Assembly: GCA_964416135.1 (NCBI GenBank)
Contig: CAYQCU010000003.1
Location: 68,815-132,814, forward strand
Length of the DNA: 64,000 nt
Reading direction: 5' to 3'
From: an uncultured Bifidobacterium sp.
GTDB taxonomy: Bacteria; Actinomycetota; Acidimicrobiia; Acidimicrobiales; Ilumatobacteraceae
Shown here: positions 9,688 through 17,950 of the stretch, one piece after another
How positions within the stretch are numbered: position 1 is the stretch's first letter
Layout of the letters: every line of letters starts with the position of its first letter
Notes under the pieces: generated by a model
Databases searched by the model: none
The model's input: only the letters and a program-made list of their open reading frames with translations
Told to the model about the DNA's origin: nothing
Program-made: the position numbers and the translations under genes

Positions 9688-10995
9688 TCACTCGTGCGGC
9701 GTCGGCGAACCGGAGCCTCGTCCGAGATGCCGCTCGAAGAACGCACCAGCCAGGTCTGCAACCTGCTCGAGTGCTCCGGGTTCTTCGAACAAGTGACCCG
9801 CCCCACCCACCACCGACACCTCGTGCGGCCCTGCGAGTCGCGAAGCGCAACGACGGTTGATGTCGAGCACTTCGATGTCGCGACCACCCACGATGAACAA
9901 TGTCGGTGCACTGACGTCGGGCAAGTGGTCCCATGCAAGATCAGGGCGTCCACCGCGCGAGACGACTGCCTGCACCTCGTTCGGCGTCGTTGCCGCTGTC
10001 GAGAGCGCCGCTGCCGCGCCCGTACTGGCACCGAACAAGCCGACCGGCAATTGTGCGGTCTCGCGTCGCTCGCGGGTCCATCCGACGACACCATCGAGAC
10101 GTTCGGTGAGAAGTTCGATGTCGAACACACGATGGTGCTCGAGTGCCTCGTCCTCGGTGAGCAGATCGAACAGCAACGTGGCGAACCCTCTTGCATTCAG
10201 CCGAGCCGCCACCCACACGTTTCGTCGGCTACGTCGACTGCTGCCACTGCCGTGGGCGAACACGACACAGCCCAGCGCACCTGTCGGCACGGTGAGATGG
10301 CCGCGCAGCGCGATGCCCTCGTGGGCGATCTGCACGTCGTCGTCGCACGTCGAGGCAGTCGTGTTGACCAGTGTGGCGACCACTTCGGAGTCGGCCACCT
10401 GGGTGAAGCGGTGATAGTGCTCCCCGACAGACGAGAAATCGTCCGGTGTGAGCGGACAGACCAGTTCGTCTGCAACGCCCCGTAGTCCCGCCTCCCAGCC
10501 CGCCGGGGCGACCGGGACCGCGAGAACAACATGGCGCGCCCCTCGCAGCCGTGCAACCTGGCAGGCAGCTCGCGCGGTGGCACCGGTGGCAAGCCCGTCA
10601 TCGACGATGATCGCGGTCTTGCCGTGCAAGTCGGGGGCGTCACGACCGCATCGATACAAGGTCGCGCGTTCCTCGATGACCCGTCGGGCGCGTTCCTCGG
10701 CCTCGTGGATCTGGTGCTCGGTGACCGCTGCTTCACGCACGATTTCGTCGTTCAACACCGTCACCCTGTCCTCACCGATCGCCCCCATCGCGAGCTCTGG
10801 CTGACCGGGCGACCCGAGTTTCCGCACGAGCAACACGTCGAACGGTGCATGCAGGTGGCGAGCCACCTCTGCAGCCACTGGCACACCGCCCCGCGGGAGA
10901 CCGAGCACGATCGAGCGTGATCCGCGATGATGATCGAGCATGCCTGCGAGCCGACGGCCGGCATCGATGCGATCGTGATACCGAAGTGCGAGCAT
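9688..10995 (-). CDS. Phosphoribosyltransferase domain fused to alpha/beta (dienelactone-hydrolase-like) hydrolase domain
   Basis: The N-terminal half has 'VLGLPRGGVPVA' and the PRPP loop 'AIIVDDGLATGAT'. The C-terminal half has 'CVVFAHGSGSSRRS' and 'GLFGASTGAAAAL'. The architecture matches my recollection of the mycobacterial Rv0571c family. Confidence 0.8.
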   Translation of the reverse strand: MLALRYHDRIDAGRRLAGMLDHHRGSRSIVLGLPRGGVPVAAEVARHLHAPFDVLLVRKLGSPGQPELAMGAIGEDRVTVLNDEIVREAAVTEHQIHEAEERARRVIEERATLYRCGRDAPDLHGKTAIIVDDGLATGATARAACQVARLRGARHVVLAVPVAPAGWEAGLRGVADELVCPLTPDDFSSVGEHYHRFTQVADSEVVATLVNTTASTCDDDVQIAHEGIALRGHLTVPTGALGCVVFAHGSGSSRRSRRNVWVAARLNARGFATLLFDLLTEDEALEHHRVFDIELLTERLDGVVGWTRERRETAQLPVGLFGASTGAAAALSTAATTPNEVQAVVSRGGRPDLAWDHLPDVSAPTLFIVGGRDIEVLDINRRCASRLAGPHEVSVVGGAGHLFEEPGALEQVADLAGAFFERHLGRGSGSPTPHE

Positions 10996-11073
10996 GCTCC
11001 GTACGGTACGGAGCGAGGCGCTCGACACTGAGCGAGCGAATGCCGAAGGTACGAGTGTTTCGTCCCTCGCAGA

Positions 11074-11700
11074 TCAACCCGTCGCCACACCGCCTTCGCG
11101 CATGAACAGCGCCGCGAGATGAGTACGGTTCCTCGCTCCCGATTCTGTGAGCAGACGACTCACCCTGTTGCGGATGCTCTGCACCGCGTAATGGAGAGTC
11201 TCGGCGATCTCGGGGTCACTCAAACCTTCGACGATTCCCGCCAGGACGTGAATGTCGGTCCTGTCGTGACAGATCGCGACCAGAGGAGCGCCCGTGCCGG
11301 ACAGCCGTGCAAATTCGATCGGGGACACAGTGTCGCCGAGCAGGTTGTCGACGACAGCCGAAGTACCGGCGAGATCGACGACACCGTCGAACCCCAACCA
11401 GATCGCGTGCGCGACGCTGAGGGCGCTCGGAGAGTCACCGAACAACACGCGACGATGCGGCACGTGGATGATGATGTCTTGTTCGATCACACGTCTGGTG
11501 ACCGACCTGCAGACAGGCAGCGAGGTGTGTCCGATCAAGTGCACGTCGTATTGATGCGACACGACCGCGTCCAGCACCTGGTCCTCGCCGTGCACGAAGT
11601 CGGCCCGCGCCACTCTCTCGTCGTGCCCCAATCTGTGTGCGAGGAACCGGCCGATCTCGGGCACCTGATGACTGAGCAAGACGTCCATGACCGCCTCCAC
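11074..11700 (-). CDS. LuxR/GerE-family transcriptional regulator with degenerate (pseudo-)receiver N-domain
   Basis: C-terminal HTH 'LSDPEIAETLHYAVQSIRNRVSRLLTESGARNRTHLAAL'. The N-domain has receiver-like length but lacks the DD pocket. 'YDVHLIGH' sits where the phospho-Asp is expected. Confidence 0.7.
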   Translation of the reverse strand: MEAVMDVLLSHQVPEIGRFLAHRLGHDERVARADFVHGEDQVLDAVVSHQYDVHLIGHTSLPVCRSVTRRVIEQDIIIHVPHRRVLFGDSPSALSVAHAIWLGFDGVVDLAGTSAVVDNLLGDTVSPIEFARLSGTGAPLVAICHDRTDIHVLAGIVEGLSDPEIAETLHYAVQSIRNRVSRLLTESGARNRTHLAALFMREGGVATG

Positions 11701-11820
11701 GACTGCCGACGCAAATTCACCGACATCGGGGACGGTACGGCACGACCAAATGCGTGTTCAACAGTGCAAATGTCCCTCGACGGATTCGAGTGGACTGCAT
11801 TCGCCCGTCAGGCAACAGAG

Positions 11821-11892
11821 AGGCGACGCCGGGAATCGAACCCGGATAAACGGCTTTGCAGGCCGCTGCGTAAGCCATTCCGCCACGTCGCC
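11821..11892 (-). tRNA. tRNA-Cys (anticodon GCA)
   Basis: The reverse complement GGCGACGTGGCGGAATGGCTTACGCAGCGGCCTGCAAAGCCGTTTATCCGGGTTCGATTCCCGGCGTCGCC(T) folds as a cloverleaf. It has a 7-bp acceptor stem, anticodon loop CUGCAAA, T-loop TTCGATT and discriminator U. Confidence 0.9.
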
Positions 11893-11924
11893 AGTCGCAG
11901 TGTCTCCACTGCCACGTCATGACT

Positions 11925-13199
11925 CTACCGGCGACCCGCCATGACCAGCCCAATCACCAGTCCTACCGCGACAATGACAGCCGACAATACGAGCGCATCA
12001 CGGTGCAGACGAAGCGCCAACATGACCGTGACGACAAAACCGAGAGCAGGGGCGACGGGAACCCGCCCGAGCAACCCCTTCACCCGGAACGGTCGATCGG
12101 CGTCGGGCAGGCGGAAGCGCAACACGACGAGAACCAAGTTCGTCACGAGGAACATCAAGAACACGAGTGCATCAGTGGCCTCTGCCAGCGTGGTGAGGCT
12201 GCCGACGACGACGAGGAGCACGGCTCCGGTCGTCGAAACGACGAGGGCCGGCAGCGGTGTGCGCGCGTCGCGCACCTGTGACAACTTGTCCGGCAGAAGA
12301 CCCGTACCGGCGAGTGAATAGATCATGCGCGCGCCAGCGGTGAGCGCCAGGATCACCGTGGAGAAGGTCGACACGAGGGCCAGCACCGTGATCACGTTGC
12401 TCGCCCCCGACCCGACAGCCGCCGCGGCGACATCTGCGAGCGGACGCGACGACGACGCGAGGCGATCGGCACCGAGCACACTGACCGCAACCACGGCCAC
12501 CGCCGCGTACACCACAGCCGAGATGACGAGCGAGAGGAACAGCGCACGAGGGATGGTACGGCGAGGATCACGGGTCTCTTCCGACAGCGTGATGACTTCG
12601 TCGAAACCGATGAAAGCGAAGAACACCAGCGCTGCACCCGACACGACGCCTGCGACACTGCCACCAGCGACCAGGGAATGGTCACCGACACTCGGTGCAC
12701 CCATCACCACCACCGCGAGGAGACCTGCGATCTGAATCGCAGCGAGGGCGACGATCAGCTTCGATGCGTCTCCCATGCCGCGCGACGAAATGAACCCAGC
12801 AGTCACCACCACCGTCACAGCAACCATGCGTTCGTCGAGGTCGGCGAACTCGCCGAGATACCTCGCAAAACCGAGCGCCACCGTCGCGGATGCAACCACG
12901 AGTGCCGATGCCATCGACCAACCGACAGCGAACGATGGAGCCGCAGGAAACACCTGGCGGGCGAACTCGTACTCACTACCGGCTCGCGGGAACATCGACG
13001 AGAGTTCCATGTAACTGAACGCAGTCAAGGCGCACAGCGCAGCTGCGACGATGAACGCCAGCCACACCTGACCACCGGCTTTGTCGGTGGCCGGACCGAG
13101 CAACACGAAGATCCCCGCACCGACGATGATGGCGACTCCGCTCGCCGTGGTCTGGACCAGCCCCATCGACCGCACGAAACGGTCGGGTTGATCACTCAT
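11925..13199 (-). CDS. APC-family amino acid/polyamine permease
   Basis: About 12 hydrophobic helices with 'IVGAGIFVLLG' in TM1 and 'FAFIGFDE'. Start taken at 'MSDQPDRF'. Confidence 0.85.
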   Translation of the reverse strand: MSDQPDRFVRSMGLVQTTASGVAIIVGAGIFVLLGPATDKAGGQVWLAFIVAAALCALTAFSYMELSSMFPRAGSEYEFARQVFPAAPSFAVGWSMASALVVASATVALGFARYLGEFADLDERMVAVTVVVTAGFISSRGMGDASKLIVALAAIQIAGLLAVVVMGAPSVGDHSLVAGGSVAGVVSGAALVFFAFIGFDEVITLSEETRDPRRTIPRALFLSLVISAVVYAAVAVVAVSVLGADRLASSSRPLADVAAAAVGSGASNVITVLALVSTFSTVILALTAGARMIYSLAGTGLLPDKLSQVRDARTPLPALVVSTTGAVLLVVVGSLTTLAEATDALVFLMFLVTNLVLVVLRFRLPDADRPFRVKGLLGRVPVAPALGFVVTVMLALRLHRDALVLSAVIVAVGLVIGLVMAGRR

Positions 13200-13237
13200 T
13201 GCTCCAGTGTCGCAGCCATCTGCCGCGACAAAGATCC

Positions 13238-14638
13238 TCAACCGCGTCGAACCGCGTGGAAGATCGTGCGGGTGCCGCCCGTCAGGGACATCCGTGCCTT
13301 GACGTCGAACCTCGTCGCGAGATGACGCTCGAAATCCTCGAGAGTGAAGTCCGAGTGGATGCCTTCGCGCTTGTTGCGCAACAACTTCTTGACCATCGGA
13401 TCGTCGGCGTGAGGCATCTCGATCACGATCTCGGGAGCAAGATCAGCGAGCATGTCGATCTGGGCCGCAACGGGCACGTTGAACGTGATCGCCAGGTGAT
13501 GAATGACCGCGAGATACAGAACCACATCGGGTCGGCCTCGCTCGAAGATGCCCGGTCGCTCGTGGCCGCGCCAACCGATGCCGCCACCGGCATCTGACAT
13601 GTCGACGTACAGCGGCAGGATCTTTCCGTTCCCCTCGGCCTTCAACGCACCGTAGAGGCGGTCGACCACGAGAGGATCGGCGTCCATCGCCACCACATGG
13701 TCGGCATGCGCAGCGGCGATGCGGGAGAACGCGCCGTCGTTGCAGCCGATGTCCCACACTTGACGGCGCGGAGCGGACGCCACGGCATCACGCACGAAGC
13801 GCTCCTTTTCGTCGAGGCTCGTCTCGACGTAGTGTCCACGCTCGGAATACTCGGACCACGTCGACTTCTTGTCTCCGAGCGACATCGCGCCGACCAGTGC
13901 CTCGAGCTTCTTGAGAGTGGCGTCGAGAACCTGCGGGTTCATGCCCGCCTTTGCCACCTCGCGCTTCACGTCGGCGTTCGAGTCGGCGAAGCGCTTCTGG
14001 GCGGCCGCATGCAGCACCACGTGAGTGAGGCGACCCTTGCGCGGCCGACGCAGACTGCGCGGGAACAACTTCGCCATCGTCTCGGGCGTGATGCCGTTCA
14101 CCGATCCGCGCAGGAACGGTTGAAACCCGACACCCAGGTGCGCCTGCAACATGAGCGGGTAGAGGTACATCTCGCAGAACTGCTTGTAGCCGTACCAGGG
14201 GTCGCCCTTGCGACGCACCTCGAATGATCCGGCGTCGATGAACTGTGCGCGAGACCCGATGAACTGCACGTTGTACGGGGTCGCGTCCTTCAGAGAGACA
14301 CCGTCGGCCAGCGTCGACCTGGTCAAAGCCAACTGCAACAACGCGGCGTCTTTCAACATGGAGAACGTCCACTCGAACGGATACGACACGAACGGCACTC
14401 GCGGGTGCACCATCGCCGACGTCCACGGTGCGCCGAGCCCCACTGACGACGGATCGACGACGCGCGAGTCGATCAGCACCCCGGAGGCGAGCGCATCCTG
14501 GATCGACTTCTTGTTCCACACCGCTTCGATGTCACGTGCGCCGTCCGAGGTGAACGCGCGCACCACCGTGTCGTCGCCGACGAAGACACGGCTCAAGGGG
14601 TCACGAAAGGAGCCGGCGTCCGGCCGGATGTCGCTCAT
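13238..14638 (-). CDS. Class I SAM-dependent methyltransferase with large N-terminal domain
   Basis: C-terminal Rossmann motif I 'VWDIGCNDGAFS' and post-I 'VVAMDAD'. The N-terminal part of about 270 aa begins 'SFRDPLSRVF' and has unknown function. Confidence 0.7.
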   Translation of the reverse strand: MSDIRPDAGSFRDPLSRVFVGDDTVVRAFTSDGARDIEAVWNKKSIQDALASGVLIDSRVVDPSSVGLGAPWTSAMVHPRVPFVSYPFEWTFSMLKDAALLQLALTRSTLADGVSLKDATPYNVQFIGSRAQFIDAGSFEVRRKGDPWYGYKQFCEMYLYPLMLQAHLGVGFQPFLRGSVNGITPETMAKLFPRSLRRPRKGRLTHVVLHAAAQKRFADSNADVKREVAKAGMNPQVLDATLKKLEALVGAMSLGDKKSTWSEYSERGHYVETSLDEKERFVRDAVASAPRRQVWDIGCNDGAFSRIAAAHADHVVAMDADPLVVDRLYGALKAEGNGKILPLYVDMSDAGGGIGWRGHERPGIFERGRPDVVLYLAVIHHLAITFNVPVAAQIDMLADLAPEIVIEMPHADDPMVKKLLRNKREGIHSDFTLEDFERHLATRFDVKARMSLTGGTRTIFHAVRRG

Positions 14639-14646
14639 GGGTGGGG

Positions 14647-14829
14647 TCAGTCGTGCGCGGAGCCGCGCTCGTCGTCTGCCGGAGCTTCCTGCTCGGGCAC
14701 CGGCTTGCCGGTGACCTTCGACCTGAGACGTGCCATGCCCATTTTTGCGGCGACCCCGATTCCGGCCACTCCGCCGGCAATGGCAGTGATGATCATGCTG
14801 CCCGTGCCCGGGTCAAGATACGAATACAT
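14647..14829 (-). CDS. Small (60 aa) single-pass membrane protein, hypothetical
   Basis: The ATG-started sub-ORF 'MYSYLDPGTGSMIITAIAGGVAGIGVAAKMGMARLRSK...' has one TM helix followed by a basic/acidic tail. It ends 8 nt before the methyltransferase start. The rest of track ORF 14647..15168 looks non-coding. Confidence 0.4.
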   Translation of the reverse strand: MYSYLDPGTGSMIITAIAGGVAGIGVAAKMGMARLRSKVTGKPVPEQEAPADDERGSAHD

Positions 14830-14930
14830 GGATCCAACACTAGTCAGACATGTCCAGTCGGTGTCTGATCTCTCCCACCCCGACACAAACCCCCGCTCCG
14901 ATCGTGACCCGACGTCATTAGCATCTCGGC

Positions 14931-16085
14931 GTGACTGAACGACCCGAGACCTCAGCGGTGACCGCGGGCCGAGACGAATCGAACGCACTGGCACCGGCCC
15001 TGTGGCCGTCGACGGTCTGGGAATCGGACGGTCTCGACGACGCCACACGCCGAGCCACGGGCAGCAGGTCTGCCGAGTTCTACAGCCGGTATGCGAACCC
15101 GACGGTGAATCAGTTCGAGCGTGCCGTCGCGCAACTCGAGGGAGCACCGGCTGCTCTTGCTTTTGCATCAGGCATGGGCGCGGTCGCCTCGGTGGTGCTG
15201 GCTCTGTGCGGCTCTGGCTCCCATGTCGTGGCGCAGAACAACCTCTACGGCGCCACTTTGTCGTTCCTCCTCGGCCCGTGCGCTCGCTTCGGGATCGAGA
15301 CGACGCTCGTCGACCCGACCGAGCCGGGTGCTTTCGTCGCCGCCGTGCGCCCCGGGTCGACAGCTCTCGTACTGGCCGAGACCCCGTCGAATCCGAAACT
15401 CGCCGTCACCAATCTCGCCGAGCTCGGCCAGATCAAAGGTCCGTTCACTGTCGTCGACTCGACCCTCGCCACGCCGCTCGGTCAGCGTCCACTCGATTTC
15501 GGTGTCGATCTCGTGTTGCACTCGGCCACCAAAGGCATCGGCGGGCACAACGATGCACTCCTCGGCGTGATCGCCGGAGACACAGATCTCGTCGACGCGG
15601 TGTGGCACTACGCGGTCATGCACGGTGCAGTTGCGTCACCGCACGATGCGCTCAACGGCTTGCGCGGCATCAAGACCCTCGGAGTGCGACTCAACCATCA
15701 GAACGTGTCGGCCCTCCGTCTTGCGCGCCGACTCGAATCGCACTCTGGCGTCACCGGCGTGTGGCACCCGTTCCTCGACTCACACCCGCAACACGAGTTG
15801 GCTCGTTCCCAGATGCGCCTCGGCGGAACGATGCTGGCCGTCGAAGTCGACGGCGGGGTCGAGAGATGCCGCCGTGTCCTGTCGGCGTTGCGATTGGCAC
15901 GCGTCGCGACGTCGTTCGGCGGACCGGAGACACTGGTCTGTCACCCGGCCACGTCGACACATGTCGGACTGTCCACCGACGCACAGGCAGCGATGGGCCT
16001 CACCGACGGCGTGATCAGGATCTCGGTCGGTCTCGAAGATCCCGACGACATCTGCGCAGACGTCGAGCAGGCGCTGTCGGCCTGA
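14931..16085 (+). CDS. Cys/Met-metabolism PLP-dependent enzyme (cystathionine gamma-synthase/beta-lyase family)
   Basis: 'YSRYANPT', 'ETPSNPKL' and the PLP-lysine motif 'HSATKGIGGHND', with the C-terminal 'IRISVGLED'. Confidence 0.9.
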   Translation: MTERPETSAVTAGRDESNALAPALWPSTVWESDGLDDATRRATGSRSAEFYSRYANPTVNQFERAVAQLEGAPAALAFASGMGAVASVVLALCGSGSHVVAQNNLYGATLSFLLGPCARFGIETTLVDPTEPGAFVAAVRPGSTALVLAETPSNPKLAVTNLAELGQIKGPFTVVDSTLATPLGQRPLDFGVDLVLHSATKGIGGHNDALLGVIAGDTDLVDAVWHYAVMHGAVASPHDALNGLRGIKTLGVRLNHQNVSALRLARRLESHSGVTGVWHPFLDSHPQHELARSQMRLGGTMLAVEVDGGVERCRRVLSALRLARVATSFGGPETLVCHPATSTHVGLSTDAQAAMGLTDGVIRISVGLEDPDDICADVEQALSA

Positions 16086-16095
16086 GCGGATCTTC

Positions 16096-16872
16096 TCAGA
16101 CGGCGCGCGGCGGACGCGGCACGAAAGCGCTCGTTCTCTTCACGTAGTCGGCGTACCCGGGACGACGCTTCGCCATCGAGTGCTCGAGCATCGGAACTCC
16201 CGACACCCTCGTGAGGAACACCGTCATCACCACGGGCCCGACGAACCCGATCACGCCCGAGCCGGTCTCGGCCCCGACGATTCCGATACCCCACCACAGG
16301 AGCGCATCACCGAAGTAGTTGGGGTGACGTGTGTAGCGCCACAGTCCCTTGTCCATCACCTGCCCGGCGTTGGCCGGATCAGCCTTGAACCGTGCGAGTT
16401 GGGCGTCGCCGACCACTTCGAAGCCGAGACCCACCGCCCACACGATGATGCCGATCACAGCGAGCGGCCCGAGCGGCGGTGTCGCATCACCGTTGCCAAA
16501 CTGCACGGGCAACGAGACCGTCCACATGATCACCCCCTGGAGACCGAACACCGTCACCAGACTCACGATCGGGAATTTGGCACCGTGCTTCTTGCGCATC
16601 AACACATAGCGCCAATCTTCGCCGTGACCGAGGTTGCGCTTGGCGAGGTACCCGCCGAGGCGCAGCCCCCACAGTCCCACCATCACCGCCAGCACCGCTT
16701 GTCGGGTGTTGTCGCCGTCGATGCGCCACCACAGCACCCACGACACAGCGACGAACCCGAGTCCCCAGACGATGTCGACGATCGAGGCGTTCTTGATCGC
16801 CACGCTCACGATCCACGTGGTCACCATCACGATCGCGATCGTGACGGCGGCGGTCAGCATTGCTTCACCCAT
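16096..16872 (-). CDS. DUF1295 / steroid-5-alpha-reductase-like (ICMT-fold) membrane protein
   Basis: Multi-TM protein with 'GLWRYTRHPNYFGDALLWWG'. It overlaps the upstream acyltransferase stop by 8 nt if M1 is the start; the alternative start is at 16860. Confidence 0.75.
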   Translation of the reverse strand: MGEAMLTAAVTIAIVMVTTWIVSVAIKNASIVDIVWGLGFVAVSWVLWWRIDGDNTRQAVLAVMVGLWGLRLGGYLAKRNLGHGEDWRYVLMRKKHGAKFPIVSLVTVFGLQGVIMWTVSLPVQFGNGDATPPLGPLAVIGIIVWAVGLGFEVVGDAQLARFKADPANAGQVMDKGLWRYTRHPNYFGDALLWWGIGIVGAETGSGVIGFVGPVVMTVFLTRVSGVPMLEHSMAKRRPGYADYVKRTSAFVPRPPRAV

Positions 16873-17857
16873 GGTTCATTCCTTCTCTGTTGATCGATCG
16901 AGCCACCATCTCGTCCATGTGCAGCCATCTGTCGTCGAGCCAGTCGGCGAACGCACCCGATCGCTCGATCTCGTCGCGCACGAAACGCTCCACCACCACG
17001 CGGGCGCGCGGTCGCCCCTCGCGCAAGCGGGCGAGGATCCCCTTGAAGGTGTCGAGTCCGTCGAAGCCGCTGTGCCACATCAACAACACGTCTGCTCGCG
17101 GCAATGACGCCAGGAGCGCAGCGGCGCCGGCGCTCTTGGGCGGGAGCAGGTGCTTGAGCCCGGCCATGCGCTCGGCGCGTGCCGGGTTGCGGGTTGCGAG
17201 ACGGTCCAGTTCACGTCGACGTTTCGTGTCGCTGGCACGGCTTCCTTCCGGAAAGATGACCGCCACTTGTTGACCGTCGAGACCGGCGGCCATCTGCTCG
17301 ATGCCCGCGAGTTCGGCCGCGACATTCGTCGAACGTCGCTCGACGAAGTAGTTCGGGAGGCGATGACCGAATATGTCGATCGACGGCATGGTCTTCAACT
17401 CTTTCTTCAACACGTAGCGGGGCTTGAGCCCGCCAGTCGATGACAACACCCAGCAACTCATGACCGCATCACCGAGGCTGGCATGACGACACAAGGCCAC
17501 GTACGGCCCGGTACCCCAGTCACTCGGCACTTCCACCGACACGTTCAACCCGACGGTCCAGCGCAGTGCCCCCATGATGCGTGCCGTCCACCACCTCTGC
17601 AGTCCGTAGTGCGCGTCCCATCGTCCGGCCCGCCCCGTCGCCCACAGCACGACAGCGGCGACCACGGCCACCACTTCGAGCCACGCCCATGCGAGAGCGA
17701 AAGCCACCAGTCGCAGCAACGGCAGGCGAAACTGCAACCGCACGAAGTCGACGACCACGAGCAGAGGCACCCACAGAGGCAACCCGACGGTGAGCACGCC
17801 AGCCAGCGCACTGACCCCGATCACGGTCACGGGGCGTCTCATCCAGGCCCTCTGCAC
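16865..17857 (-). CDS. Lysophospholipid (1-acyl-sn-glycerol-3-phosphate) acyltransferase family protein
   Basis: HX4D motif 'CRHASLGD' and 'VIFPEGSR', with N-terminal TM helices. Confidence 0.7.
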   Translation of the reverse strand: MQRAWMRRPVTVIGVSALAGVLTVGLPLWVPLLVVVDFVRLQFRLPLLRLVAFALAWAWLEVVAVVAAVVLWATGRAGRWDAHYGLQRWWTARIMGALRWTVGLNVSVEVPSDWGTGPYVALCRHASLGDAVMSCWVLSSTGGLKPRYVLKKELKTMPSIDIFGHRLPNYFVERRSTNVAAELAGIEQMAAGLDGQQVAVIFPEGSRASDTKRRRELDRLATRNPARAERMAGLKHLLPPKSAGAAALLASLPRADVLLMWHSGFDGLDTFKGILARLREGRPRARVVVERFVRDEIERSGAFADWLDDRWLHMDEMVARSINREGMNHG

Positions 17858-17950
17858 ACTCGCACCTTAGGTCGCCCGGGAGGCCCCCGTTGGACTGGAA
17901 CCCTTGATTCTTCGGCACTTCAGGTTGACAAATCGTATAAGTTGCCTGCC

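Noticed and set aside
8144-9796. 550-aa ORF on the + strand
   Set aside because: It is antisense to the acyl-CoA ligase 7976-9670 and is a shadow ORF.
17483-17950. N-terminal 156-codon extension of the Mo-oxidoreductase ORF
   Set aside because: It overlaps the acyltransferase gene on the opposite strand and is Pro/His/Arg/Gln-rich. The conserved [2Fe-2S] domain begins right after GTG 17951.
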